A stretch of 64,000 bases of DNA from Candidatus Limnocylindrales bacterium (GTDB lineage Bacteria > Chloroflexota > Limnocylindria > Limnocylindrales > CSP1-4), in assembly GCA_046707905.1 (NCBI GenBank), contig JBKKDM010000008.1, positions 3,367-67,366 on the forward strand, written 5' to 3'. This document shows positions 1 through 9,303 of the stretch, one piece after another. Position 1 is the stretch's first letter, and each line of letters opens with the position of its first letter. The notes under the pieces were generated by a model. That model saw only the letters and a program-made list of their open reading frames with translations. It searched no databases and had not been told where the DNA came from. The translations under genes and the position numbers were made by a program.

Positions 1-1110
1 CGTCGCGTGGGTCACTTCGCAATGGCCCGGGGACAGCGTCTCGGCAAAGTCGCATGCCTGCTGGCTCGTGGCAGCTTCACCGAAGTACACGGTGGCCATG
101 CCATTCGCCTCGGCCGACATCATGTGATCCATCCACATGAGCATGCAGTTCGGATTCGCGGCGTTCTTGTGCATCATCCAGGTGTCCGACCAGCCGGTGG
201 ACCCCTCCGCCGGGAGGATGCCTTCCACCTTGACGCCCTCGGCCTTGAGGAGGGCGACCTGGAGCGGCCACGTCGTGCCGATGACGACGTCACCGGAGGT
301 GTACGAGGCCATCTGGTCCGTGTACGACGCCCAGTACGTGGCACCGTTGGCGGCCTGGATCCCGAGAAGGGCGAGCGCGGCCGCGAACTGCGCATCGTTG
401 AGCTGGTAGGGGTTCGTGATCCCCAGCGCCGGCTGCTTCGTCATCAGGTGCAGCGCCGCGTCGGCGATGTAGATGGACGAGTCGTAGACGCTGATCTTGC
501 CCGAGTAGGGCGCGCCGCCCTCCCACACGCCGTCCCATGTGGTGGGGGCCGGGGTGACCGCTTCGGTGTTGTACATCAGGAGGTTTGCGCCGCGGCCGTG
601 CGGGACGCCGTAGTTGACGCCGTCGACGGTGTTGTGCGGCAGGTCCTTCAGGCCGGGGAAGACGTTGGCGTAGTTCGGCAGCAGCGATGTATCGACGGGC
701 GCAGCGAGGCCACCCTGGATCAGGCGGGTCGTCGCGTCACCCGACGCCGAGATGCCGTCGTACTGCCCGCCCTGCATGAGCGAGACGCCGTTGTTCGAGT
801 CGGTCATCGGTGTGGTGTTGACCTGGCAGCCGGTCTTCGTCTCGAACGGGGTGACCCAGTCAAAGGCTTCGAAGCCGGCCGTCTCGCCGCTCTCCGCGTA
901 GCCGGCCCAGATGATCAGGTTGAGCTCACCTTCGCCCTCGCCGATCGCTCCGGTCGTGGGCGCGGTCGTCGCCGGAGCAGTCGTCGCGGCGCCGGTCGCG
1001 GGCGCGCTCGTGGCGGCGCCGGTCGTCGGGGCCGTCGAGGGTGTTCCCGTGCCGCAGGCGGCGACGATGGCCGCCACTGCCATGGCTCCCCCAAGTTTCC
1101 GCTGGAACAT
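1..1110 (-). CDS. ABC transporter substrate-binding lipoprotein, spermidine/putrescine (PotD/PotF) type; C-terminal end runs off the window
   Basis: Absent from the ORF track because there is no stop in the window. Hand translation from ATG at 1110-1108 (GAGGAGG a few nt upstream) gives MFQRKLGGAMAVAAIVAACG (signal peptide plus lipobox). It continues NLIIWAGY, GVNYGVPHGRGANLLMYN, STGWSDTWMM. The frame stays open to base 1 (370 codons). Confidence 0.75.
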   Translation of the reverse strand, partial: MFQRKLGGAMAVAAIVAACGTGTPSTAPTTGAATSAPATGAATTAPATTAPTTGAIGEGEGELNLIIWAGYAESGETAGFEAFDWVTPFETKTGCQVNTTPMTDSNNGVSLMQGGQYDGISASGDATTRLIQGGLAAPVDTSLLPNYANVFPGLKDLPHNTVDGVNYGVPHGRGANLLMYNTEAVTPAPTTWDGVWEGGAPYSGKISVYDSSIYIADAALHLMTKQPALGITNPYQLNDAQFAAALALLGIQAANGATYWASYTDQMASYTSGDVVIGTTWPLQVALLKAEGVKVEGILPAEGSTGWSDTWMMHKNAANPNCMLMWMDHMMSAEANGMATVYFGEAATSQQACDFAETLSPGHCEVTHAT

Positions 1111-1136
1111 GTGTCCTCCTCTCAGCCCGCTCCGGG

Positions 1137-2405
1137 TCACTCCTGGACTCGGAGAACGTGCTGTCGCTTCCACACCAGCCGCACGGGTTGCCCCTGCGCG
1201 GCCAGCACCTCCATGGACGATGTCGTCAGGTTCTGCTGGGTGACCACCAGGTCCGAGCCGGCATCGAGCGCCACGATGTAGCGCGTGTCCGGCCCGAGGT
1301 AGACCACCGTGCGGATAGTGCCATCCGCGCCGACCTCGTCGTCGGCCACCCCAGCACCCGGTTCGGTCATCCGGATCTTCTCGGGTCGGACGGTGAACAG
1401 GCCTTCCTCGCCGACGAGCGCTTGCGCGACGTCGCCGCGCAGCAGGTTCGACGTCCCGACGAACCCGGCCACGAAGGCGGTCGACGGACGCTCGTAGAGG
1501 TCCGCCGGCGTTCCGATCTGCTCGATTCGCCCGCGGTTGAAGACAGCCAGACGATCGCTCATCGTCAGCGCCTCCTCCTGGTCGTGGGTCACGTACACGA
1601 ACGTGATCCCGACCTCCTGCTGGATCGCCTTCAGCTCGATCTGCATGTCCTCGCGGAGCTTCAGGTCGAGCGCACCGAGGGGCTCGTCGAGCAGCAGGAC
1701 GCGGGGGCGGTTCACGAGCGCGCGCGCGAGGGCGACGCGCTGCCGCTGCCCACCCGAGAGCTGCGACGGCTTGCGGCGCTCGTAGCCGGACAGCCGGACC
1801 ATCTCGAGCGCCTCGCCGACGCGGCGCTCGCGGTCGGCCCTCGGGACCTTCCGGACGGTCAGGCCGTAGGCGACGTTGTCGCCGACTGTCATGTGCGGGA
1901 ACAGCGCGTAGTCCTGGAAGACGGTGTTGACGTCGCGCTCGAACGGCGGCCGCCGGGTGACGTCCTCGCCGTGGAGCAGGACCCGGCCCTCGGTCGGCAG
2001 CTCGAAGCCCGCGATCAGCCGCAGGGTCGTGGTCTTGCCGGACCCCGATGGGCCAAGCATCGAGAAGAACTCGCCATCGGCGATGTCGAGGTTGATGGCG
2101 TCGACGGCCACCACGGCATCGCCGTCGGTCTTCGGGGCGCCCGAGCGCCCGGCTCGACGAGCGCCGTCGCTCGCGAAGCGTTTCGTCAGCTTCTCGAGGC
2201 GCACGGCGGGACGACTGGCAGCCGTCGTGGTTCCCGGCGCGTCGACGGGCGCAGCGACCTGCGAGTCCCCGCTGGTCAGGATGGCCAAGCATCTCCTCGC
2301 ACACCTCGCCGGACCGCGAGGTTCCGCGGAGTGTCCGGGCGCGGCAGACGCCGTGTCAAGGCCGCGAAACCCGTTGTACGCTACCGATCCCAATCGGAGC
2401 AGCAC
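1137..2405 (-). CDS. potA: ABC transporter ATP-binding protein, PotA-like with C-terminal TOBE-like region
   Basis: Walker A GPSGSGKTT, signature LSGGQRQRVALARAL, Walker B LLLDEP. Sits directly upstream of the binding-protein gene. The first ~40 aa of the ORF look non-native, so the true start is probably later (for example TTG near 2288). Confidence 0.85.
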   Translation of the reverse strand: MLLRLGSVAYNGFRGLDTASAAPGHSAEPRGPARCARRCLAILTSGDSQVAAPVDAPGTTTAASRPAVRLEKLTKRFASDGARRAGRSGAPKTDGDAVVAVDAINLDIADGEFFSMLGPSGSGKTTTLRLIAGFELPTEGRVLLHGEDVTRRPPFERDVNTVFQDYALFPHMTVGDNVAYGLTVRKVPRADRERRVGEALEMVRLSGYERRKPSQLSGGQRQRVALARALVNRPRVLLLDEPLGALDLKLREDMQIELKAIQQEVGITFVYVTHDQEEALTMSDRLAVFNRGRIEQIGTPADLYERPSTAFVAGFVGTSNLLRGDVAQALVGEEGLFTVRPEKIRMTEPGAGVADDEVGADGTIRTVVYLGPDTRYIVALDAGSDLVVTQQNLTTSSMEVLAAQGQPVRLVWKRQHVLRVQE

Positions 2406-2427
2406 ACGCGGAGGAGCTCAGCGCGTC

Positions 2428-2715
2428 ATGTCCTACGTCATCGCCGAGCCGTGCATCGACGTGCTGGATATCTCGTGCGTCTCCGTGTGCCCCGTCGACT
2501 GCATCCACTACGAGGAAGGCGTCGATCGGAAGCTGTTCATCGACCCGAACGAGTGCATCGACTGTGGGGCCTGCGAGCCGGAGTGTCCGGTGAACGCGAT
2601 CTTCCCGGAAGACCAGGTGCCGGCGGAGTGGGCGAACTTCACCCCCATCGACGCCCTCTGGTTCAACGACCGGGGGGCCGCGCGCGAAGCGGTGGACGCC
2701 GCGAAACCGCGCTGA
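2428..2715 (+). CDS. fdxA: 7Fe-type ferredoxin
   Basis: MSYVIAEPCIDVLDISCVSVCPVDCIH and CIDCGACEPECPVNAI cluster motifs. The ATG at 2428 lies inside the longer track ORF 1924-2715, whose upstream part overlaps potA antisense. Confidence 0.9.
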   Translation: MSYVIAEPCIDVLDISCVSVCPVDCIHYEEGVDRKLFIDPNECIDCGACEPECPVNAIFPEDQVPAEWANFTPIDALWFNDRGAAREAVDAAKPR

Positions 2716-2793
2716 GCCGAGGCGGCTCGGCCGCCTGATCGCCCCTCCCGCCCGATCGGGGCGCCCTGGACCTCGTGGCATACTGCCCGCCCC

Positions 2794-3687
2794 ATGTCAT
2801 CGCTCGCGCGCGCCACGATCGCAACGGTCGGCTCCGGCGTCATGGCCGAGGCGATCATCGCCGGCCTGCTCCGCGGCGACATCGTGACGCCCAGCCAGAT
2901 TGTCGCGAGCCACCCCCGCGGCGACCGGCGCGAGGCCCTCGAGCGGGCCCACGGCATCCGAACCGTTGATTCGAATGCGGCGGCGGTCGAGGGCGCGGAC
3001 GTCGTGCTGCTCGGGATCAAGCCCCAGATGCTCGGCCGGGTCGGGCGCGAGGTGCGGGGCCGGCTGCGGCCCGGGCAGCTCGTCATCAGCATCCTCGCCG
3101 GCGCGACCACCCGGGCGCTGATGGGCCACCTCGGCCACCGCGAGGTCGTCCGGAGCATGCCCAACACGCCGGCCCAGCTCGGCCGGGGGATGACCGTCTG
3201 GTTCGCGACCCCCGAGACCTCCGAGGCCCAGCGCGAGCAGGCCGGCGTGCTCCTGTCGGCCCTCGGCCACCAGATCGAGGTCGACGACGAGCGGCTCGTC
3301 GCCATGGCGACTGCGGTCTCCGGCACCGGCCCGACCTACGTCTTCCTCGTCATGGAGGCCCTCATCGACGCGGCCGTCCACCTCGGGTTCGCGCGCCACA
3401 TCGCGCACGACCTCGTGATCGAGACATTGGAGGGCTCGACACTCTTCGCGAAGCAGTCAGGAATGCACCCGGCGCAGCTTCGGAACATGGTCACGTCGCC
3501 GGGCGGCACCAGCGCGGCGGCGCTCCACGAGCTCGAGTCCGGGCGCCTCAGGACCGTCCTCTCGGAGGCCGTCTGGGCCGCGTTCCGCCGGACCGTGGAG
3601 CTGGGCGAGCAGCTGGAGGTCGGCGTCCCGTCCGGTGCCGACGTCGAGGCCGAGGAAGGCTCTCGGGCGACGGGGGATCGCCGCTAG
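2794..3687 (+). CDS. proC: pyrroline-5-carboxylate reductase
   Basis: N-terminal Rossmann motif VGSGVMAEAI; MPNTPAQLGRGMTVW; SPGGTSAAALHELE. Confidence 0.9.
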   Translation: MSSLARATIATVGSGVMAEAIIAGLLRGDIVTPSQIVASHPRGDRREALERAHGIRTVDSNAAAVEGADVVLLGIKPQMLGRVGREVRGRLRPGQLVISILAGATTRALMGHLGHREVVRSMPNTPAQLGRGMTVWFATPETSEAQREQAGVLLSALGHQIEVDDERLVAMATAVSGTGPTYVFLVMEALIDAAVHLGFARHIAHDLVIETLEGSTLFAKQSGMHPAQLRNMVTSPGGTSAAALHELESGRLRTVLSEAVWAAFRRTVELGEQLEVGVPSGADVEAEEGSRATGDRR

Positions 3688-4241
3688 GCCTGCGCCTCCG
3701 CGGCGGACGCCGCCTCCCTCGCGACCGGGCGCCGCATCGTCGCCACGATCGTCCAGAAGATCCCGACCGCGATCAGCACGTCGCCCACGCTGAACACGTT
3801 CGCCATCGGCAGCCACGCCGGCAGCGCGAGGATGTCCGTCAGCGGCCGCAACGCGGGGTCGACGAGCACGACGCTGTTGGCGTGATCGCCGGGCGGCAGA
3901 CCCGCGATCTCCATGGCCGTGGGATCAGCCGGCATGTAGCCGCCGTTCGCCGCGATCGCGAGCAGGTTGGACAGGGCGCCGACGAGCACCACCGGAATCC
4001 CCGGCAACCGGACGTTCCGCAGGACCGCGACGAACACTACGAGCGTCGACCCGAGGTAGATCGCCGGTGTGGCTGCTCCGGCCGCGGCCTCGACGCTCGG
4101 CGTGAACAGCACCACCTGGACCAGCAGGCCGCCGAGCGCCAGCCAGCCCCAGCGGAAGCCGAGGCTCGAGAGGTTCGAGAGCCGCCCGCCGAGCGCCAGG
4201 CCGACGAGCATGCCGGCCGGGATCGCCCACAGGAGGAACAT
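3684..4241 (-). CDS. polytopic membrane protein, DUF5317-like
   Basis: Hydrophobic throughout, with ANGGYMPADP and SVGDVLIAVG motifs as I recall them for DUF5317. Convergent 4-nt overlap with proC. Confidence 0.65.
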   Translation of the reverse strand: MFLLWAIPAGMLVGLALGGRLSNLSSLGFRWGWLALGGLLVQVVLFTPSVEAAAGAATPAIYLGSTLVVFVAVLRNVRLPGIPVVLVGALSNLLAIAANGGYMPADPTAMEIAGLPPGDHANSVVLVDPALRPLTDILALPAWLPMANVFSVGDVLIAVGIFWTIVATMRRPVAREAASAAEAQA

Positions 4242-4278
4242 AGATCAGGCCCCGGTTGTCGCCGGCCGGCCGGTGCGG

Positions 4279-4791
4279 CTAGCCCGCGCCTCCGACGGAC
4301 TCGCGAAGCTGGGTCACATGGCCCTCAGCATGCGCGACGATGAGCCGCTCGGCGAGGTCGGCGATCGAGAGGTCGCCACGCGTCGGGTGGCGGCCCAGCA
4401 GGCTGGCCTGCGGATCGAGCGCGCGCAGGCGGCGCGCCACGCGCCGACCCTCGACGTCGATCCGGCCCAGGAGCTCGCGCCCCGGGAACGCGCGATCGCG
4501 CCCGATGACCTGGACCCGGATCGGATCGTCCTCGAGGCGCCCGAAGGCCGGCGGCTCGCCACCATCTGGCCCCACCCCGGCGTCCACGATCCGCTCGATC
4601 TCCCCCAGCCAGAACGGCAACATCTCGGCCACGTGGGCGAGGACCTCGCGCGGGCCCCAGCTCGACTCGGGGCCGGGCCCGTAGACGTCCGCGAGCGCCC
4701 ACGGCTCTCCGGCCGCCACGGGCGGCCCCAGCGCTACGAGTTCTGCCGTCGCCCGTTCCAGCCGCCCACCAAGCTCGCCCATCGATGCCAT
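4279..4791 (-). CDS. DinB-fold protein (mycothiol-dependent maleylpyruvate isomerase-like N-terminal domain family)
   Basis: Starts at MASMGELGGRLERATAELV. Contains His-bearing helices (VLAHVAEMLPFWLGE, IVAHAEGHVTQL). The track ORF start at 5031 overlaps the neighbouring sigma gene and looks spurious. Confidence 0.55.
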   Translation of the reverse strand: MASMGELGGRLERATAELVALGPPVAAGEPWALADVYGPGPESSWGPREVLAHVAEMLPFWLGEIERIVDAGVGPDGGEPPAFGRLEDDPIRVQVIGRDRAFPGRELLGRIDVEGRRVARRLRALDPQASLLGRHPTRGDLSIADLAERLIVAHAEGHVTQLRESVGGAG

Positions 4792-4851
4792 GTCCGGAGT
4801 GTCGCACGCGTCGGCAGCGAGCACGCCGATGAGGGGCAGCGGGGGAATTAT

Positions 4852-4882
4852 TGAACCGCTCCGGCCGTGGCCCCGCCGTTTA
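4852..4882 (+). promoter_or_regulatory. ECF-type promoter candidate for sigma/partner pair 1 (TGAAC-N20-CGTTTA)
   Basis: One of six instances of GAAC-N20-hexamer at the same position upstream of each ECF sigma gene. An AT-rich patch (GGAATTATTGAAC) precedes it. Confidence 0.5.
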
Positions 4883-4924
4883 GGGTGTAGGGACCAGATC
4901 GGTCGCCTCCCACGAGGAGCGAGG

Positions 4925-5485
4925 GTGTTGCAGACAGATCTGGTCCAGCGGGCGCGTAGCGGAGACCGCGAGGCCTTCGCCGTGCTGGCGGCCGGGTCTG
5001 TCGATCGGTTGTATGCCATCGCTCGGCTCATCCTCCGCGACGCCGAACTCGCGGAAGATGCAGCCCAGGAAACGCTCGTCCGGGCCTGGCGCGATCTTCC
5101 ATCGCTGCGCGATGTGGACCGCTTCGATGCCTGGATCTACCGCCTTGCCGTCCGCGCGTGCGCGGACATCGGACGCCAGCGTCGACGCTGGCGCACCGAG
5201 CTCACCGTCGTACCGAACGAGCCCACCGAGCACGACCGAGCGGCGGAGCTTGCCGATCGCGACGAGCTCGAACGCGGGCTCAAACGCCTGAATGAGGCGC
5301 AGCGAACGATCCTCGTCCTCACCTACTACCTCGGCTTCGCGCCGGGCGACGTGGCTGAGGCCCTCGACATTCCCGTCGGGACGGCGAAGTCCCGCCTCCA
5401 CTACGCAATCGAAGCCCTGCGGGCGGCCCTCGAGGCCGATGCCCGAGCGCTGCCCACGGCGGCGCGGGGAGGACGGACGGCATGA
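4925..5485 (+). CDS. ECF (group IV sigma-70) sigma factor, paralog 1 of 6
   Basis: Region 2: DAAQETLVRAWRDLPSLRDVDRFDAWIYRL. Region 4: GTAKSRLHYAIEALR. GTG at 4925 follows GAGGAG. The track ORF begins at 4790. Confidence 0.85.
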   Translation: MLQTDLVQRARSGDREAFAVLAAGSVDRLYAIARLILRDAELAEDAAQETLVRAWRDLPSLRDVDRFDAWIYRLAVRACADIGRQRRRWRTELTVVPNEPTEHDRAAELADRDELERGLKRLNEAQRTILVLTYYLGFAPGDVAEALDIPVGTAKSRLHYAIEALRAALEADARALPTAARGGRTA

Positions 5486-6279
5486 TCACACTACGAAATC
5501 TCGAGCGCCGATTGGCGGAGCACCTCCATGGGGAGGCACCGAGCCGGGCGCCTGACTGGATCCTGCGGTCCGCGCTAACGACCATCGAAACGACCCGACA
5601 GCGGCGCGGCCCATTCGCGCCGCGGAGGAACCTCGACATGCCCACCTTTGCAAAGCTCGGCCTCGCTGCCGCGGCGGTGATCGCCGTCGGCGTGCTGGCC
5701 CTCTGGCGGTTCGCGCCGCCCGGCCCGGCCGCTCCCTCGAACCCGGCTGCCTCGCCATCTGCGTCACCGACGGCGCCGCGGACCCTCCCGCCGGCGCCGA
5801 CCGCGGCCACCTATGTGCCGCCTGCCCTGACCGAGACATTCACGTCGGACCGCCACGGCCTATCGCTCTCGGTCCCGGCCGGCTGGACGATGACGGCGGC
5901 CACGGAAGCGTGGACGGACGCCGATCCGCCGCAGTTCGGTGAAGCGTCGGGCGACCTCATCTACGACCCGGAGAAGGAAGATCACCTCTTCCTGGCGTTG
6001 GCTTCACAGCCGCTCGGCGGAACATCGTTCGACGCGTGGTTGACGGACTTCCTGGCCACCGAGGGCTGCGCGCGAACCGAGCGTGCGGTCATCGAAGGTG
6101 CGGACCGCGCCATCGGCACGGCCTGTGACATCGAGCTCTTCTCGAGCGGTGGCCGCGGCTACGCCATCGCCCTGTATGCGTCAGGAGACGACGCCGACCT
6201 TCGATCGTTCGACACGGCGGCTTTTCTCGAGGACATCCTCGCGACCGTGCAGCTGCAGCCCGTGACCGCGGTCGACTAG
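5482..6279 (+). CDS. single-pass membrane partner of ECF sigma 1 (putative anti-sigma/sensor)
   Basis: ATGA overlap with the sigma stop. Short cytoplasmic N-terminus with the T-x-Q-R-R motif, one TM helix (FAKLGLAAAAVIAVGVLAL), then a Pro/Ala linker and an ectodomain (FTSDRHGLSLSVPAGW). Confidence 0.6.
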   Translation: MITLRNLERRLAEHLHGEAPSRAPDWILRSALTTIETTRQRRGPFAPRRNLDMPTFAKLGLAAAAVIAVGVLALWRFAPPGPAAPSNPAASPSASPTAPRTLPPAPTAATYVPPALTETFTSDRHGLSLSVPAGWTMTAATEAWTDADPPQFGEASGDLIYDPEKEDHLFLALASQPLGGTSFDAWLTDFLATEGCARTERAVIEGADRAIGTACDIELFSSGGRGYAIALYASGDDADLRSFDTAAFLEDILATVQLQPVTAVD

Positions 6280-6327
6280 CGCGGAGGTCGCGCCCGATCC
6301 GTACCTGTACCCACGACCTGGAACCAC

Positions 6328-6360
6328 GCCGGCCTCGGCTTCGTCCGAGGCCGGCGTTGT
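6328..6360 (+). terminator. intrinsic-terminator-like hairpin
   Basis: Perfect 11-bp stem GCCGGCCTCGG / CCGAGGCCGGC with loop CTTCGT, followed by GTTGT. Lies after the stop of partner 1. Confidence 0.55.
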
Positions 6361-6422
6361 AGCCGGGTGAAAGGCGCTCGGGAGTACGATCAGCCGAAAC
6401 CGTGGCGACGGAGACCTGATCG

Positions 6423-7592
6423 ATGACCGACACGCTAACGAAGGGCGCCGCCAACCAGTCGGGCGCCCACCTCAACAAGGACGCCTACAAGGAGGCCAAG
6501 GACTTCCTGCCTCTGAACGGCGTCGACCACGTCGAGTTCTGGGTCGGGAACGCAAAGCAGGCGGCCCACTATTACCGGGCCCTCTGGGGCTTCACGCCCG
6601 TTGCCTATGCCGGCCTCGAGACGGGCGTCCGCGACCGGATCAGCTATGTCCTGCGCCAGAACGACATCACCCTCGTCGTGACCGGGGCGCTCCAGCCCGA
6701 CACGGAGATCGCCGAGCACGTCGCCAAGCACGGCGACGGCGTCAAGGACATCGCCTTCACGGTCGACGACGCGACCTCGTCATGGCGCGAGACCACGACC
6801 CGGGGCGCGACGTCGGCCATCGAGCCTGTCGAGCTGGACGGCGGCGAGGACGGCATCCTCCGCCGGAGTGCGGTCGGGACGTACGGCGAGGTCCGCCACT
6901 CGTTCATCGATCGTCGCGACTACCAGGGCGTTTTCGCGCCGGGCTACCGGAAGATCAAGAAGCCCGCGGCGGCGGCCCAGGGCCTGAGCCTCCTCGAGAT
7001 CGACCACTGCGTCGGTAACGTCGACCTCGGTGACATGAACCGCTTCGTGGACTACTACCGCGACGTCTTCGGCTTCGCCCAGCTCATCCACTACGACGAC
7101 AAGGTCATCCACACCGACTACTCGGCCCTGATGTCCAAGGTCATGACCAACGGCAACGGGCGGATCAAGTTCCCGATCAACGAGCCGGCCTCCGGCAAGA
7201 AGAAGAGTCAGATCCAGGAGTTCCTCGACTACTACCTCGACGCCGGCACGCAGCACGTCGCCCTCCGGACCGAGGACATCGTCTCCACCGTCCGCCAGCT
7301 GCGCGAGAACGGCATCGAGTTCCTGGGGATGCCGCACGCGTACTACGAGACCCTCGCCGACCGGGTCGGCGACGTGGGCGTGCCGATGGCGACGCTCGAG
7401 GAGCTGGGGATCGAGGCCGACCGGGACGAGGAGGGCTACCTCCTCCAGATCTTCACCCGCCCGATCCAGGACCGCCCGACGTTCTTCTTCGAGATCATCG
7501 AGCGCCACGGCTCGCGCGGGTTCGGCGTCGGCAACTTCAAGGCCCTGTTCGAGGCGATCGAGATTGAACAGGCCCGGCGCGGGAACCTCTAG
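6423..7592 (+). CDS. hppD: 4-hydroxyphenylpyruvate dioxygenase
   Basis: VDHVEFWVGNAKQAAHYY, GTQHVALRTEDI, LLQIFTRPIQDRPTFFFEIIERHGSRGFGVGNFKALFEAIE. Confidence 0.95.
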   Translation: MTDTLTKGAANQSGAHLNKDAYKEAKDFLPLNGVDHVEFWVGNAKQAAHYYRALWGFTPVAYAGLETGVRDRISYVLRQNDITLVVTGALQPDTEIAEHVAKHGDGVKDIAFTVDDATSSWRETTTRGATSAIEPVELDGGEDGILRRSAVGTYGEVRHSFIDRRDYQGVFAPGYRKIKKPAAAAQGLSLLEIDHCVGNVDLGDMNRFVDYYRDVFGFAQLIHYDDKVIHTDYSALMSKVMTNGNGRIKFPINEPASGKKKSQIQEFLDYYLDAGTQHVALRTEDIVSTVRQLRENGIEFLGMPHAYYETLADRVGDVGVPMATLEELGIEADRDEEGYLLQIFTRPIQDRPTFFFEIIERHGSRGFGVGNFKALFEAIEIEQARRGNL

Positions 7593-7627
7593 CTACGGGT
7601 AGCCACCGTCCAACCCCGCACCGAATC

Positions 7628-7661
7628 GGAACCGCCGCCGGCTGGTGCCGACGGCGGTTCC
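7628..7661. terminator. hairpin between convergent genes
   Basis: GGAACCGCCG ... CGGCGGTTCC, a 10-bp stem between the hppD stop and the stop of partner 2. Confidence 0.4.
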
Positions 7662-7695
7662 GTACAGCCGGTGCCGGTTCTTCAGGGGCCTTCGA

Positions 7696-8616
7696 TCACG
7701 GCGCAAACTCGAGCGAGTCGACGATGGCGATGCCGGCCCGAATGTCAGCCGCCGGCGTCTCGTCGTAACCCAGCCGGACGACGATCACCCGAGTCCCGTC
7801 GACGTCCAGGATGTACACGAACCAATAGTTGTTATTTCCCTGGGCGTACAGGCCTGCGTCTTTGCCCGAGAAGGGGAAGTAGCGGGCGTCGCCGCTTTCG
7901 TCCTGGTCGCACGTTCGGAGGTCCTCCCCGGTTGGGAGGAGGATCTCCACGAGGTAGCCTTGGTACCCATCGAGCGCGACCGGGCTCGGCGCCGACCTGG
8001 CGGGGTAAGCTGGATTCGCCGCGAGCGCGTTCGCGAGGTCGATCGCCGCAGGTCCGACCACGATATCGCCCGGCTGGTCGAAGGTACCGGAGCCGTTCCG
8101 ATCCCACTGGCAGGGGTCGCTGAACAGTCCGTCGGCGCGGATGATCGCGATGGCGATCCCGTTGGGACCCTCGGTCCCGACAGGACCGGACACCGCCCAC
8201 GGCGGGACCCCGTTCCAACCGGCAGGGATCTCGGCGAAGACGGAAAGCGTCGGATGGTCGGTGAGTGGCTGGAAGCGGTATCGCCCCGCTGCAAGCCCGC
8301 CCTCCGGAAGATCGCGGACAGTGACGCTCGGCTCCGGCGTCGGTGTCGAAGTCGACGCGGGAGATGCTTGCCCACCCGCGTCGGGCAGCCTCGGCAAGAG
8401 GCTGTAGCCGACCACGGCGACGATGAGGGCCGCGGCCAGAGCGGCAAGAAGCCTGATTGGGGTCACGTTGGTCCTCCATGGGAAGGGCCAAGGGCGCCGC
8501 TGGCGCTGGACGCCGATCCGGACAGCGACGACATCCACGACGCGATCGGAAATCGCATTTGGACCGTCAGCCATCCAGGTCGAGAGGACGCGGTCGATGT
8601 CGGACTGATGGTTCAT
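7696..8616 (-). CDS. single-pass membrane partner of ECF sigma 2
   Basis: ATGA overlap with the sigma stop. N-terminus WMADGPNAISDRVVDVVAVRIGVQRQRRPWPFPWR, then a TM helix. Ectodomain has DPCQW and ILDVDGTRVIVV and ends IVDSLEFAP. Confidence 0.65.
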   Translation of the reverse strand: MNHQSDIDRVLSTWMADGPNAISDRVVDVVAVRIGVQRQRRPWPFPWRTNVTPIRLLAALAAALIVAVVGYSLLPRLPDAGGQASPASTSTPTPEPSVTVRDLPEGGLAAGRYRFQPLTDHPTLSVFAEIPAGWNGVPPWAVSGPVGTEGPNGIAIAIIRADGLFSDPCQWDRNGSGTFDQPGDIVVGPAAIDLANALAANPAYPARSAPSPVALDGYQGYLVEILLPTGEDLRTCDQDESGDARYFPFSGKDAGLYAQGNNNYWFVYILDVDGTRVIVVRLGYDETPAADIRAGIAIVDSLEFAP

Positions 8617-9185
8617 CGCGAGATACCTCCGACGACCGAGACGCGTGCGTCAGCTTCAAGTGCGGCACGCATGGCGTTGTGGGCGTGATGGAGGCGGGAA
8701 CGGACCGTTCCCGCGGGGAGTCCGAGGACCTCGGCGATCTCGCTCGGCTCGTAGCCAACGTAATGGCGGAGCACGAGGATGGCGCGTTGGTCGGGGGTCA
8801 GCCGGCGAAAGCCGCGGTCGAGCTGGTCTCGATCCGCGATGCCCAACAGCTCGTCCCGAGCGGCGGGGCCTTCCACCGGGAGCACGTACAGGTTGTTGAT
8901 CCGCTTGCGCTCCCGGCCGGCCTGGGCAATGCAGACATGTGTGAGCAGCCGGTGGACCCAGGCGTCGAACCGGTCCGGATCGCGGAGGCTCGGCAGGTCA
9001 CGCCAGGCGATCACCAGTGCGTCCTGCAGGGCATCCTCGGCCCGGTCGACATCCCGAAGGATCCGATGCGCGATCGCAAGGAGGCGGCCGCCGCGGAGCT
9101 TGACCAGGTCGACGAACGCCGCCTGATCGCCTCGCTGTGCCGCCTCGACGAGATCGCGATCCACCGTCTCTCCCGTGGCTGGCAC
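8613..9185 (-). CDS. ECF sigma factor, paralog 2
   Basis: DALQDALVIAWRDLPSLRDPDRFDAWVHRL; GTVRSRLHHAHNAMR. A later GTG (VDRDLVEAA, at 9164) after GGGAGAG is an alternative start. Confidence 0.85.
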   Translation of the reverse strand: MPATGETVDRDLVEAAQRGDQAAFVDLVKLRGGRLLAIAHRILRDVDRAEDALQDALVIAWRDLPSLRDPDRFDAWVHRLLTHVCIAQAGRERKRINNLYVLPVEGPAARDELLGIADRDQLDRGFRRLTPDQRAILVLRHYVGYEPSEIAEVLGLPAGTVRSRLHHAHNAMRAALEADARVSVVGGISR

Positions 9186-9207
9186 CCGTCGGGGGTGCCG
9201 TCCACCT

Positions 9208-9238
9208 GTATCGGTGGATCGTGCGCCGCGAGCGTTGG
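9208..9238 (-). promoter_or_regulatory. ECF-type promoter candidate for pair 2 (CCAAC-N20-CGATAC)
   Basis: Same spacing and position as the other five. Preceded by a T-run on the coding strand. Confidence 0.45.
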
Positions 9239-9267
9239 AAAAACATCGCCGCCGGGTGACGAAATAT

Positions 9268-9290
9268 ATTGACTGCTGACGTCAGTCAAT
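9268..9290. promoter_or_regulatory. inverted repeat, candidate TetR operator
   Basis: ATTGACTG-N7-CAGTCAAT with an inner TGACGTCA palindrome, in a locally AT-rich patch 14 nt upstream of the tetR GTG. Confidence 0.5.
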
Positions 9291-9303
9291 CGATACTGCA
9301 CGG

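Noticed and set aside
7-1281. 424-aa plus-strand ORF (with nested ORFs) covering the left edge
   Set aside because: The product is Arg/Gly/Val/His-rich nonsense. The opposite strand encodes a clean PotD-like lipoprotein with an RBS, signal peptide and family motifs.
2716-2731. Short hairpin GCCGAG-GCGG-CTCGGC right after the ferredoxin stop as a terminator
   Set aside because: It has only a 6-bp stem and no U-tract, so it is too weak to call.
1041-2738. 565-aa plus-strand ORF
   Set aside because: It is antisense to the well-supported PotA-like ATPase. Only its last 95 codons (from ATG 2428) are real, as the ferredoxin.
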